This document shows positions 9,496 through 19,965 of a stretch of 64,000 bases of DNA, one piece after another. This stretch comes from Eubacteriaceae bacterium (GTDB taxonomy: Bacteria > Bacillota > Clostridia > Eubacteriales > Eubacteriaceae). Both the position numbers and the translations under genes were made by a program. The stretch lies in contig JAAYJS010000033.1 of the NCBI GenBank assembly GCA_012522805.1, forward strand, positions 21,889 through 85,888, written 5' to 3'. Below the pieces are notes generated by a model that was not told where the DNA came from, searched no databases, and saw only the letters and a program-made list of their open reading frames with translations. Numbering within the stretch: position 1 is the first letter of the stretch; each line of letters begins with the position of its first letter.

Positions 9496-9519
9496 AATAG
9501 AGCGTATCGACAAAAGGAC

Positions 9520-10488
9520 ATGGATTTGAATTATTACCCTTATTCATTATGGCTGAAAAGGCATTATGGAGAAAAAGTATATAAACTGCCGGTTAATCTG
9601 CCGGTGACTTGTCCCAACAGAGACGGCACCCTTGGTTTTGGTGGCTGTATTTTCTGTGGCGAACAAGGCGGCGGTCACGAGACTTTATCTTCAAAAACTT
9701 CGATCAGAGAACAAATCGACACAAACAAAAGGTATATCGGCAAACGCTATAATGCAAAAAAGTTTATTCCATACTTTCAAAGTCATACCAATACATACCT
9801 GCCCCTGGCAGATTTCATAAAAGCTGTGGACGAAAGTTTGGTTGGTCCGGACATTGTCGGACTTTCTATCGCCACCAGACCGGATACCATCACCGACGAA
9901 CAACTCCGTTATCTAGAAGAAGTGCAAACTCAAAGACACAAAGACATTACGATAGAATTAGGTTTGCAAACTGCTAACGACGATACTTTAAAAATCTTAA
10001 ACAGGGGTCATCAGTGTGCGGATTTTTGTTTAAGCGCAAGAAGGGTCAAAGAGGCGGGGCTGCGGTTGTGTACCCACGTCATCTTGGACTTGCCCTGGGA
10101 CAATCGAGAAGATGTTCTGAAAACAGCGCAAGTTTTAAACAAGGTGCAAAGCGATTTTGCAAAATGTCACTCCTTATATATTGTAAAGGAGTCGCGTCTT
10201 CATGAAATGTACGCCAATCAAGAGGTACCCTTGTTGGACGAATCGGAGTTTATCCATCGCTGCATCTTGTTTTTGACGCATCTCAACCCCGATACCGCGA
10301 TACAAAGACTTGTTGGGAGAGTTCCGGAAGAATTTTCGGTCGTTGCCAATTGGCACAAAAGCTGGTGGAAAGTACGGGATAACTTAGAAGCACAGATGAT
10401 GAGACAAGGTAACTTTCAAGGACAGTATTATACGAAGTACGAGGAGAATGAAGATGGAAGAAAAAATGCAGATTATAACAAGCAATGA
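9520..10488 (+). CDS. Radical SAM protein, TIGR01212 (YhcC/YtqA) family
   Basis: The N-terminus LPVNLPVTCPNRDGTLGFGGCIFC is the characteristic unusual Cys cluster of this family. The length of 322 aa fits. Confidence 0.8.
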   Translation: MDLNYYPYSLWLKRHYGEKVYKLPVNLPVTCPNRDGTLGFGGCIFCGEQGGGHETLSSKTSIREQIDTNKRYIGKRYNAKKFIPYFQSHTNTYLPLADFIKAVDESLVGPDIVGLSIATRPDTITDEQLRYLEEVQTQRHKDITIELGLQTANDDTLKILNRGHQCADFCLSARRVKEAGLRLCTHVILDLPWDNREDVLKTAQVLNKVQSDFAKCHSLYIVKESRLHEMYANQEVPLLDESEFIHRCILFLTHLNPDTAIQRLVGRVPEEFSVVANWHKSWWKVRDNLEAQMMRQGNFQGQYYTKYEENEDGRKNADYNKQ

Positions 10489-10999
10489 GCCGGAAAAAAA
10501 GAAAACTTACAAAGAGGTTGTAGCGGGTAAAGTCTATGAAAGGCAGGAAATTACCGGTCTAAACATGGATATATTGACTTATTTGTACGGCCAAATCGAT
10601 AAATACCATTTAACTAGAAAACCCTTAAATAAAATAAGACAGCCCTACACACCTTTTCCTATAGATACAGAAGGTACAGATACTGATAAAGAAACGGTTT
10701 TGTTACCTCAATTATCCATTACCGAAGGCCGAGAAGAGCAGGTTATATGGGTCGTAGAATTGGTTGACGAGGACAACCCTCATCTAACCTATTTTGTAAA
10801 ACCCTTGCTGTACGCACAACAAGGTGTGCGGGAGTTGTGGATCATTGAGCCGAAAAAGAGAATCGTCATGGTTTATCATTTTGAAAAGGACGGTTTTATC
10901 CCAAGTATTTATCAGTCTGCTCGTAGAATAAAAGTCGGCATCTACAAAAACTTCTTATTGTCACATTCGGAAATCTTTAAAAGCCGTTCCTCGGATTGA
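10454..10999 (+). CDS. Uma2-family (DUF820, PD-(D/E)xK-like) protein, probably catalytically degenerate
   Basis: The C-terminal pattern ...VIWVVELVDE...VKPLLYAQQGVRELWIIEPKKRIVMVYHF matches the Uma2 core (lvvEvlS...K..Y...Gv.EYWivdp). The upstream PD motif reads PQ. The start is chosen at the second ATG, 7 nt after GAGGAG, and the gene overlaps the radical SAM gene end. Confidence 0.55.
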   Translation: MEEKMQIITSNEPEKKKTYKEVVAGKVYERQEITGLNMDILTYLYGQIDKYHLTRKPLNKIRQPYTPFPIDTEGTDTDKETVLLPQLSITEGREEQVIWVVELVDEDNPHLTYFVKPLLYAQQGVRELWIIEPKKRIVMVYHFEKDGFIPSIYQSARRIKVGIYKNFLLSHSEIFKSRSSD

Positions 11000-11013
11000 A
11001 TTGGAGAAAATGG

Positions 11014-11961
11014 ATGAACTTTATTGAAACATCAAAATACAAAGAGGTAGAACTGTACGAAGAAGCGTTAAAACAGATGTATTTACGCATGATTGCATAC
11101 ACGGCTATCCCTTTTCGTGTCAATGCCGATTCATTGACACAGCAGAAACAAATCGTCAACCATACATATCTGCTAAAGAATCAGAGTGAACTGCAACTGA
11201 TGGCAGAGTATCCTCAAGGGCGCAAAAGATCAGCACAATGGCTGAAAAAGCAGTATATGCAATTGTCCATATCCTATAAAAAACGATATAAAAAGGCCCT
11301 CAGACTTTTTCATGAAAACCAATTGAATGGTGATTTTAAAGGAAATATCAACATTTGGGACGACTACGTCAACAAGCGTATCCAAGCGTGCTTAAACACC
11401 TATGGGGAAGTTGTTTTTAAAGAAAACCTGAATAGAGCGATTGAAGGAGATATTAAAGCACAGATTGATCTGGGCAAGTACTACTTTTTAGGTTGGGGGA
11501 CCAATGTGTCGGCCAAAGAGGGCTATTCATGGTTTAGAAAAGCTTCTCAGTCCAACGACAGCAAAGCCCTAATGGCTTTGGGTATGGCTATGGAGTCTAT
11601 GGCTTATCGACAATTTGGTCTCAGAGCCTGTGAAGACGTCGAAAAAGTCTATGCCCGCGCCTATGCTATGGGCGAAACAACCGCCACTTATTATTTATTT
11701 CGCTATTACGACCAATTTACAGTTGGCAAAGCTGTCAAAATCAAGGCGAAAAGGTGGCTGGAGAAGGGTATAGAGCTCGGCGAACCCTATTGCTTGTTTG
11801 AAGCAGAAAAAGGCTTGGATTCGGATCAGAAATGGTTGCCGGTTCATATAGAGACGCTGATGGATTGGCTACAAACGGCAGCCAACATGAGTTTACCGGG
11901 ATGTTTGGAGGTATTGGGTTTGGTTTACTTCAATTCCAATATAGAAGCCAAAGAAGTTTAA
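11014..11961 (+). CDS. Sel1-like (SLR/TPR) repeat protein
   Basis: Repeats of the type A....LG.YY..G.G...... A..WF.KA are present (for example AQIDLGKYYFLGWGTNVSAKEGYSWFRKASQ). The start is chosen at ATG 11014, after GGAG. The ORF-track TTG at 10996 overlaps the previous stop. Confidence 0.6.
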   Translation: MNFIETSKYKEVELYEEALKQMYLRMIAYTAIPFRVNADSLTQQKQIVNHTYLLKNQSELQLMAEYPQGRKRSAQWLKKQYMQLSISYKKRYKKALRLFHENQLNGDFKGNINIWDDYVNKRIQACLNTYGEVVFKENLNRAIEGDIKAQIDLGKYYFLGWGTNVSAKEGYSWFRKASQSNDSKALMALGMAMESMAYRQFGLRACEDVEKVYARAYAMGETTATYYLFRYYDQFTVGKAVKIKAKRWLEKGIELGEPYCLFEAEKGLDSDQKWLPVHIETLMDWLQTAANMSLPGCLEVLGLVYFNSNIEAKEV

Positions 11962-12035
11962 ATTTGCAGCTTGCATTCTAAGAATGAAAAGCGTATACTA
12001 TACGAGAATAAACATATCATATAATAGAAACAAGA

Positions 12036-12136
12036 ATACAATAATGTATGACACACTTGCTCCTATAATGGGGTCTTATATCCGTGGCAGCGGTGTACAG
12101 CATACAATATTGTATTTTTTTATTGTTTTTTGTACA
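12036..12136 (+). promoter_or_regulatory. Promoter region flanked by two ATACA-N4-TGTAT palindromes (candidate operators)
   Basis: ATACAATAATGTAT lies at 12036-12049 and ATACAATATTGTAT at 12102-12115, on either side of a TATAAT at 12064-12069. TGTACA also recurs at 12094-12099 and 12131-12136. Confidence 0.4.
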
Positions 12137-12168
12137 CTGATCGAATTCAAGGAGGGATCGAAAGGAAT

Positions 12169-13212
12169 ATGAAAAAGGAAAATCGGTTTTCAGCATTTTT
12201 AAAAAGAAAGGATATTGAAATTTCGGTGCAACGATATATTATCGATGCGATGAAATTTATGTCTTTTGGTTTGTTTTCCACCCTGTTGATGGGAAGTATT
12301 TTAAATCAAATCGGATTTATTTTCGGTATTACATTTTTAACAGATGTGATGTGGCCTGCAGCACAACAAATGACCGGGCCCGCCATTGCGGTGGCTGTAG
12401 CCTATAGTTTACATGCGCCGCCCTTGGTCATACTTTCCTGTACGGTAGGCGGTTTTATCGGTAATTCGCTGGGTGGTCCGGCCGGTTCTTTTGTAGCAGC
12501 CTTAATCGGTGCAGAATTGGGTAAAGCGGTGGCAGGCGAAACAAAGGTCGATTTATTGGTGACGCCCTTTGTCACCATGTTAGCCAGTACTCTTGTCGCT
12601 ATGGTTGTGGGTAAACCCATCGGTTTGTTGATGACCGGCTTGGGCGAAGTCATCATGTGGGCAACGGTGCAACGTCCTGTCATCATGGGTATTGTCATCT
12701 CTGTTATAGTCGGTATGGTCTTGACTTTACCGATATCCTCTGCGGCCCTATGCATTATGCTCAATTTATCCGGAATTGCTGCCGGTGCGGCAACCGTCGG
12801 CTGTTGTTGTCAAATGGTAGGCTTTGCGGTACAAAGTCATAAAGACAACGATATCGGTGGATTTGTAGCACAGTTTTTGGGAACGTCCATGATTCAAATT
12901 CCCAATATTGTCAAAAACTGGCGTATTTGGATTCCGCCAACATTGGCTTCCGCTCTTCTCGGACCTTTAGCGACCACCGTTTTTCAGATGACGAATACAC
13001 CTGTTTCCGCCGGAATGGGCACCTGCGGTTTTGTCGGTCAAGTCGGAACGGTCATATCCATGTCCGGCGAAGGTAAAAGCACCTTGCAGATCGCAGCCAG
13101 TATTGGGATTTTGCAGATTCTTTTACCGGCTGTTGTTACGTATCTTATCTACTTAATCGTGTATCGCATGGGTTGGATTGCGGATGGCGATATGTCTTTA
13201 GAGAATACCTAA
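12169..13212 (+). CDS. PTS EIIC_2-type membrane protein (orphan EIIC-like permease)
   Basis: The polytopic protein begins MKKENRFSAFLKRKDIEISVQRYIIDAMKFM..., resembling the stand-alone 'PTS sugar transporter subunit IIC' family of about 340 aa. The start is moved to ATG 12169, downstream of ggaggg/aaagga. Confidence 0.6.
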   Translation: MKKENRFSAFLKRKDIEISVQRYIIDAMKFMSFGLFSTLLMGSILNQIGFIFGITFLTDVMWPAAQQMTGPAIAVAVAYSLHAPPLVILSCTVGGFIGNSLGGPAGSFVAALIGAELGKAVAGETKVDLLVTPFVTMLASTLVAMVVGKPIGLLMTGLGEVIMWATVQRPVIMGIVISVIVGMVLTLPISSAALCIMLNLSGIAAGAATVGCCCQMVGFAVQSHKDNDIGGFVAQFLGTSMIQIPNIVKNWRIWIPPTLASALLGPLATTVFQMTNTPVSAGMGTCGFVGQVGTVISMSGEGKSTLQIAASIGILQILLPAVVTYLIYLIVYRMGWIADGDMSLENT

Positions 13213-13279
13213 AACTCATTTTGCTAGTCTTAAGTTTAGAACTTTATAATGAGTACTCATTTAAACTTAGGAGTATGCC

Positions 13280-13762
13280 ATGACTAAACAGACACGAAGA
13301 GCGGTGTTATTAAAAGCTCTTTTAATCATATACCTTGCAATCGTCGCTTCGATTACCTTGGTACCGGCAGTGGAGATGGATAATCAAATTCATAATAACT
13401 TAATCCCAATGACCAATATTGACGATTATGTTTACGATATTGTGCATAACGGCGTCATTCATTGGGATTATTTGCGCTCACCTGAGGTTGGACCTTCCGG
13501 TTTCTTTTACGAAGCAACCCGTTATTCCTTTAGGAATTTATTTGGCAACATCGCATTGTTTGTACCCTTAGGTCTGCTCTATCCTTTAACTTCTAAAAGA
13601 GACCATTTTATGTCAGCGATGCTTAAAATTATCCTGACAACAGGTTTGATAGAAGTGGTGCAATACTTGTTCATCGCCGGTCGTTCAGCGGATATCGACG
13701 ATATTTTGCTGAATACCGTCGGTGGTTTAATCGGTTATGGCCTCTACCGTTGGATTCGATAG
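13280..13762 (+). CDS. VanZ-family membrane protein
   Basis: The 160-aa protein has the C-terminal GRSADIDDILLNTVGGLIGYGLY motif typical of VanZ-like proteins. Confidence 0.8.
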   Translation: MTKQTRRAVLLKALLIIYLAIVASITLVPAVEMDNQIHNNLIPMTNIDDYVYDIVHNGVIHWDYLRSPEVGPSGFFYEATRYSFRNLFGNIALFVPLGLLYPLTSKRDHFMSAMLKIILTTGLIEVVQYLFIAGRSADIDDILLNTVGGLIGYGLYRWIR

Positions 13763-13769
13763 GTGTGTT

Positions 13770-15143
13770 ATGGCAAAAATCAAGAAGAAATATGTCTGTC
13801 AAAATTGTGGCTTTGAATCTACGAAATGGTTGGGTCGTTGCACCTCTTGCAGTGAGTGGAACACCTTTGTGGAGGAAATCGAAACACCGGTCAATAAAAG
13901 AACGCCTGTGGTGTCGGAAATTCAAAAAAAGGATGCACAACCTAAAAAACTCAAAGACATTCAACTAGAAAAGGAATATAGAATTCGAACCGGTATTCGG
14001 GAATTGGATAGAGTACTCGGTGGTGGCATCGTACCCGGTTCCATGCTCTTGCTAAGCGGCAATCCGGGCATCGGAAAATCCACCTTATTGATGCAAACGG
14101 TGCAAGCATTAGGGCAGAAAGAAATCGGGCTGCTGTATATATCCGGTGAAGAATCGGAGCAACAACTTAAAATGCGCGCCATGCGTTTGAATATTCAGTC
14201 CGAAAATGTCTTTTTTTTGGGTGAGACCGATATTCTTCAAATGCTCCATTGGATTGGAAAAATAAAGCCGAGAATTTTGGTGATAGATTCCATACAGACG
14301 GTGCAAAACCCCCAATTGGATTCACCACCCGGTTCCGTCAGTCAAATACGGGACAACACGTCCATTCTGATGCAAGTAGCCAAGAAAAATAATATCGCTA
14401 CGATTTTAGTGGGACATGTAACGAAGGATGGGGCCATTGCGGGGCCTCGGGTTTTAGAACATATGGTGGACACGGTTTTGTACTTTGAAGGTGAAAAGAA
14501 CCACAGTTTCAGAATTTTAAGAGGAACAAAAAACCGCTTTGGCTCAACCAACGAAATTGGTATCTTTGATATGACCCAAAAGGGGTTGATTACTGTGGAA
14601 AACCCTTCAGAATGGGTGTTAAACAGTCGTCCGGAAGGCAGCAGCGGAACGGCGATTGTACCGACCATGGAGGGATCGCGGCCGTTGTTGATCGAGATAC
14701 AAGGCTTAATGACTGCAACCGGCTTTGGGACCCCGCGCCGAATGTCCACAGGGTTTGACTACAACCGATTGGTATTGTTGATCGCGGTGATGGAAAAACG
14801 CATGGACATTGACATGCAAAATTTCGATGCCTATATCAATGTGGTGGGCGGTTTTAAAATTCACGAACCCTCGGTAGATCTTGCCGTCATAGCTGTTTTG
14901 TATTCCAGCTTGAGAGATCGACCGATCCCGACGGATTTAATGATCGTTGGAGAAGTGGGGTTAACCGGAGAGGTACGGTCTATCCAATATGCTCGCCAAA
15001 AGCTCAAAGAAGGATTGAAGTTCGGTATGAAACGGTGTATTTTGCCAAAACAGAATGTCAAAGAAGTACAAGAAGAGGCGCTCACGCTGTTTCCGGTTTC
15101 AACACTGGCCGAAGCTTTAGAGGTCATCATGAGTGAGGCTTAA
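13770..15143 (+). CDS. radA: DNA repair protein RadA/Sms
   Basis: An N-terminal zinc ribbon (YVCQNCGFESTKWLGRCTSCSEWNTF), a RecA-like Walker A (GNPGIGKST), the KNRFG motif and a Lon-like C-terminus are all present. The start is moved to ATG 13770. Confidence 0.95.
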   Translation: MAKIKKKYVCQNCGFESTKWLGRCTSCSEWNTFVEEIETPVNKRTPVVSEIQKKDAQPKKLKDIQLEKEYRIRTGIRELDRVLGGGIVPGSMLLLSGNPGIGKSTLLMQTVQALGQKEIGLLYISGEESEQQLKMRAMRLNIQSENVFFLGETDILQMLHWIGKIKPRILVIDSIQTVQNPQLDSPPGSVSQIRDNTSILMQVAKKNNIATILVGHVTKDGAIAGPRVLEHMVDTVLYFEGEKNHSFRILRGTKNRFGSTNEIGIFDMTQKGLITVENPSEWVLNSRPEGSSGTAIVPTMEGSRPLLIEIQGLMTATGFGTPRRMSTGFDYNRLVLLIAVMEKRMDIDMQNFDAYINVVGGFKIHEPSVDLAVIAVLYSSLRDRPIPTDLMIVGEVGLTGEVRSIQYARQKLKEGLKFGMKRCILPKQNVKEVQEEALTLFPVSTLAEALEVIMSEA

Positions 15144-15204
15144 AGAATTAATCCCTATTTTACAAAAACTATACATAAAAGCAAGCCTATGCTATAATGC
15201 ATGT

Positions 15205-15432
15205 ACTGGGGTGTGCGTTATCGACTATTTTTGAACCTACAACATTAATACGAGAACCCGCGATTGTTTTTGGATGTCATGCCTCTATAAGTGGACGGCA
15301 GAAGAAAGCAATAGGGTACTCACCTAGTCAACCGCTAGGGCGTCAATAATGAGAGACGGCACCTTGGTATTGAGCACATACGCCGTGCTATCGAGGATTT
15401 GGCAAGCAAATCCTCGATAGCACGGCGTTTAT
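15205..15432 (+). ncRNA. Unassigned noncoding transcript or leader candidate ending in a perfect 22-bp hairpin
   Basis: An extended -10 promoter, TGcTATAAT, lies at 15190-15198. No ORF longer than about 16 codons with an RBS is present. The hairpin is ACGCCGTGCTATCGAGGATTTG (15380-15401), loop gcaag, CAAATCCTCGATAGCACGGCGT (15407-15428), followed by TTTAT. I could not match any known family. Confidence 0.3.
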
Positions 15433-15481
15433 CATAAACAAGAGTTACCGGAAAACAATATTGCCTACTGGAAAGGAACAT

Positions 15482-16078
15482 ATGTTTGACTATATCAAAG
15501 GTAAAATAGCCCATCAACGAGAGGATGCTGTCGTCGTCGACATCAACGGCTTGGGTTATTTGATCAATATCAATATGAAAACAGCTTCGGAAATACCCGA
15601 AAATCACCGGGAAGTGACCCTCTACCTATACCCTGTCTTCAGGGATGACAATGTTGCCCTATACGGCTTCCTTCATTTGGAAGAAAGAGAGATGTTAAAA
15701 ACTCTAACCACAGTATCCGGCATCGGTACCAAGGTTGGTCTAGCGATTTTATCTTTCTTTTCGATCGACACTCTGATACTCAATATCGTCAACGAAGATA
15801 TTAAAGCTTTGAGCAAAGCCCCCGGCATCGGCAAGAAAACGGCGGAACGCTTGGTCTTCGAATTAAAGGATCAGTTCCAAAAGGCCCTGGATGAGAAAAC
15901 CATGGGACCTGTGGAAACTCAAATCGTCACCAAGGGTATCGTCGACGAAGCAGTTGAAGCATTGACCTCTTTGGGTTATGCTTACTCTGAAGCCAATGCA
16001 GTGGCAAAAAAAGTTTACCGAGAAGACATTGCATTGGAAGAGATGATCAAGGAATGTTTGATTCGTTTAGCACAATAA
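15482..16078 (+). CDS. ruvA: Holliday junction DNA helicase RuvA
   Basis: The protein starts MFDYIKGKI... and carries HhH motifs (GIGKKTAERL). The start is moved to ATG 15482, after ggaaagga. Confidence 0.95.
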   Translation: MFDYIKGKIAHQREDAVVVDINGLGYLININMKTASEIPENHREVTLYLYPVFRDDNVALYGFLHLEEREMLKTLTTVSGIGTKVGLAILSFFSIDTLILNIVNEDIKALSKAPGIGKKTAERLVFELKDQFQKALDEKTMGPVETQIVTKGIVDEAVEALTSLGYAYSEANAVAKKVYREDIALEEMIKECLIRLAQ

Positions 16079-16084
16079 AAGAAT

Positions 16085-17146
16085 ATGAAAAAAAGATTTA
16101 TCACAACTGAATTTACCGAAGCGGATATCGAAATCGAAAAGGGGCTCCGTCCACAGTATATGGCTGAATACATTGGACAGGATAAAGTAAAAAACCAATT
16201 GAATATTTTTATTCAAGCTGCTTTAAAGAGGGAAGAACCCTTAGACCACGTATTATTGTACGGGCCACCGGGCCTCGGAAAAACAACCCTGGCTGCCATT
16301 ATAGCCAATGAGATGGGAACCAATATCAAAACCACTTCGGGACCGGCCATCGAAAAACCCGGAGATTTAGCCGCCATTTTAACCGGTCTAAAAGAGGGTG
16401 ATGTTTTATTTATCGACGAAATACATCGCCTGCAAAGAACCATCGAGGAGGTGTTATACCCGGCCATGGAGGACCACCGCCTGGATATTGTGATTGGAAA
16501 GGGACCGGGTGCAAAAGCCATTCGCATAGATTTGGCACATTTCACCTTGGTAGGGGCGACCACACGCATCGGGCTGTTGACAGCTCCCTTGCGGGATCGT
16601 TTTGGAGTCGTTTTGCGTTTAGATCTCTACAATGAAGAGAGCCTATGCGAAATTGTCAAACGCTCTGCGGATATATTAAAAGTAAAGATCGATGACGCCG
16701 GAACCATGGAACTGGCTAAGCGCTCCAGAGGGACACCCAGAATATCCAATAGATTGCTGAAAAGAGTTCGGGATTACGCAGAGGTTAAGACCCAAGGCCG
16801 CATTGATTTAGACACGGCCAACAAAGCCCTGTGTCTTTTTGAAATTGATGAATACGGCTTGGATGAAACCGACCGCGCCATGCTCTACATGATTTATGAC
16901 CATTTTGACGGAGGCCCTGTGGGGTTGGATACCCTCGCAGCCGCCTTAGGAGAAGAGCGGGATACCATCGAAGAAGTGTACGAACCCTATTTAATTCAAA
17001 GGGGTTACCTGGCGAGGACGCCCAGAGGCCGTATCATCACCTCCAAGGGCTGTAGCCATATCGGGGTTTCGCCACTCAATCAAAAGGAAGAACAAATGAG
17101 CTTAGAGGAGTTAGAAGACACCATTGAAACCGCTAAAAACCGATGA
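16085..17146 (+). CDS. ruvB: Holliday junction DNA helicase RuvB
   Basis: The AAA+ Walker A motif [11 protein letters not shown] is present and the protein resembles RuvB along its full length. Confidence 0.97.
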   Translation: MKKRFITTEFTEADIEIEKGLRPQYMAEYIGQDKVKNQLNIFIQAALKREEPLDHVLLYGPPGLGKTTLAAIIANEMGTNIKTTSGPAIEKPGDLAAILTGLKEGDVLFIDEIHRLQRTIEEVLYPAMEDHRLDIVIGKGPGAKAIRIDLAHFTLVGATTRIGLLTAPLRDRFGVVLRLDLYNEESLCEIVKRSADILKVKIDDAGTMELAKRSRGTPRISNRLLKRVRDYAEVKTQGRIDLDTANKALCLFEIDEYGLDETDRAMLYMIYDHFDGGPVGLDTLAAALGEERDTIEEVYEPYLIQRGYLARTPRGRIITSKGCSHIGVSPLNQKEEQMSLEELEDTIETAKNR

Positions 17147-18158
17147 TTTTAATTACAATTTGCCCGAAGAGCTCATCGCTCAACGACCCATCGAAAAGAG
17201 AGATACCTCCCGTTTAATGGTTTTAAACAGAAAAGAAAAAACCATTCAAGATCGGCTGTTTTCCGATTTACCCGACCTTTTAAAGCCGGGGGACTTGCTG
17301 GTTCTCAACAACACCAAGGTATTGCCGGCCAGAATTTATGGAAAAAAAAGAGATACCGGCGGGAAGATTGAAATTCTTCTTCACAAGAAATTGACGGAAA
17401 ATACATGGGAAGTGATGGTCAAACCCGGAAGACGGGCAAAAGTCGGCACACGGATTCAGTTTTCAGAAAAACTGGAAGGAAAGGTGCTGGCGCTTCGACC
17501 CGACGGTCTGCGCGAAATGCGTTTCGACTATTCCGGTATTTTTGAAGAAATTTTAGAAGAAATAGGGACCATGCCCTTGCCCCCTTACATTCAGGAAACC
17601 CTCGTGGAGCAGCAACGCTACCAAACCGTATACGCTAAGTATAACGGTTCTGTTGCAGCCCCTACGGCCGGTTTGCATTTTACTGAGGATATTTTTAAAA
17701 AACTTCAGGAAAAGAACATCGACCGCGCCGAAATTACACTTCACGTCGGCATTGGCACTTTTCGTCCGGTGAAAGAGGAGTACATCTCAAAACACCAGAT
17801 GCACAGCGAAAGTTACCGGATCGATGCACAAACCGCAAAAAAAATTGAAGAACAAAGGCAGAGAGGCGGGCGTATCGTTGCGGTCGGTACCACCTCTGTT
17901 CGTACATTAGAAAGCATTGCCTCCAAAAACAATGGCCGAATTGTGGCGGACAGCGGCGAGACGGACATTTTTATTACGCCCGGCTATCGCTGGCAGGTAG
18001 TCGATGCTTTGGTTACCAATTTTCACTTACCAAAATCCACACTCTTAATGTTGGTGGCCGCTTTTTATGATAGAGAAGAAGTGTTAAAAGCGTATCGACA
18101 TGCCGTGGAAAAAAGATACCGCTTTTTTAGTTTTGGCGATGGGATGTTCATTCAATGA
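17124..18158 (+). CDS. queA: S-adenosylmethionine:tRNA ribosyltransferase-isomerase
   Basis: The motifs [15 protein letters not shown]... and [10 protein letters not shown] are present. A TTG start overlaps the ruvB 3' end by 23 nt. Confidence 0.93.
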   Translation: MKPLKTDDFNYNLPEELIAQRPIEKRDTSRLMVLNRKEKTIQDRLFSDLPDLLKPGDLLVLNNTKVLPARIYGKKRDTGGKIEILLHKKLTENTWEVMVKPGRRAKVGTRIQFSEKLEGKVLALRPDGLREMRFDYSGIFEEILEEIGTMPLPPYIQETLVEQQRYQTVYAKYNGSVAAPTAGLHFTEDIFKKLQEKNIDRAEITLHVGIGTFRPVKEEYISKHQMHSESYRIDAQTAKKIEEQRQRGGRIVAVGTTSVRTLESIASKNNGRIVADSGETDIFITPGYRWQVVDALVTNFHLPKSTLLMLVAAFYDREEVLKAYRHAVEKRYRFFSFGDGMFIQ

Positions 18159-18165
18159 GGAGTAA

Positions 18166-19284
<1,119 letters not shown>

Positions 19285-19294
19285 GGAGTGTTAT

Positions 19295-19720
19295 ATGGGA
19301 AATCTATCAGGTAATAGTATCATGGGTTTTTTACCGATTATACTGATGGGGTTGTTCTTTTACTTTTTTATCATTAGACCCCAATCCAAACAAAGAAAAC
19401 AAATAGAGGACATGCACGCAGCCCTTTCCGTAGGGGACGAGGTGCAAACTTACAGTGGTTTTTACGGTATCATCTACGCAATCGACGATGAAAATGTTGT
19501 TCTGGAAATGTTACCCGACTTTACAAAATTGATGATTTCAAAAGCTGCAATCTCAAAAATCATCACTTCCGATGACATTAAAGGCGATGCTACAGTCAGT
19601 GACAATCCGGGTCAATCGGCAGCAGAAAACACCATAGTAGAAGACGCTGACGATCAGGTGACAACAGAGTACAACGACGCTATCGTAGAAGATGCCGATT
19701 ACGAAGATTTAAGTAACTAA
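19295..19720 (+). CDS. yajC: Preprotein translocase subunit YajC with an acidic C-terminal extension
   Basis: The YajC core is FYFFIIRPQSKQRKQIEDMHAALSVGDEVQTYSGFYG. An extra tail of about 50 aa rich in Asp/Glu follows. Confidence 0.85.
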   Translation: MGNLSGNSIMGFLPIILMGLFFYFFIIRPQSKQRKQIEDMHAALSVGDEVQTYSGFYGIIYAIDDENVVLEMLPDFTKLMISKAAISKIITSDDIKGDATVSDNPGQSAAENTIVEDADDQVTTEYNDAIVEDADYEDLSN

Positions 19721-19730
19721 GGAGAAGCAA

Positions 19731-19871
19731 ATGAAACATATCAGAATTATCAATCAAGGCAACCTTTCAGACATCAAAAACAAAGGTTGTGGAGAGTGTC
19801 AAACCTCTTGTCAATCAGCTTGCAAAACTTCTTGTACGGTCGGCAATCAACAATGCCAACAAAGTAAATAG
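19731..19871 (+). CDS. SCIFF (six-cysteines-in-forty-five) ribosomal peptide precursor
   Basis: This ORF is not in the ORF track. The ATG lies 5 nt after ggagaag and the translation is MKHIRIINQGNLSDIKNKGCGECQTSCQSACKTSCTVGNQQCQQSK (46 aa, six Cys). It lies immediately upstream of its radical SAM partner. Confidence 0.9.
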   Translation: MKHIRIINQGNLSDIKNKGCGECQTSCQSACKTSCTVGNQQCQQSK

Positions 19872-19892
19872 AACAGATCATGAAATGATACA

Positions 19893-19919
19893 AAAAGCAG
19901 TGAGCAACTGCTTTTTTAA
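19893..19919 (+). terminator. Weak intra-operon terminator or attenuator between the precursor and the maturase
   Basis: The sequence is AAAAGCAGTgagcaACTGCTTTTTT. Confidence 0.55.
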
Positions 19920-19965
19920 TTTACTGAATAAAATTATTTAACAATAAGGTTTGAAGGAGAATACC

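Noticed and set aside
11984-12172. A 62-aa ORF lies upstream of the EIIC-like gene.
   Set aside because: It has no RBS and spans the promoter and palindrome region. The downstream gene has a better start at 12169.
15208-15226. The 5' sequence GGGGUGUGCGUUAUCGAC resembles the tmRNA 5' end (GGGG....GGAUUCGAC).
   Set aside because: The unit is only about 230 nt. It has no tag reading frame ending in GCx GCx UAA and no tRNA-like T-arm or CCA-proximal 3' end (GGUUCGA.UCC...CCACCA). No smpB gene is nearby.
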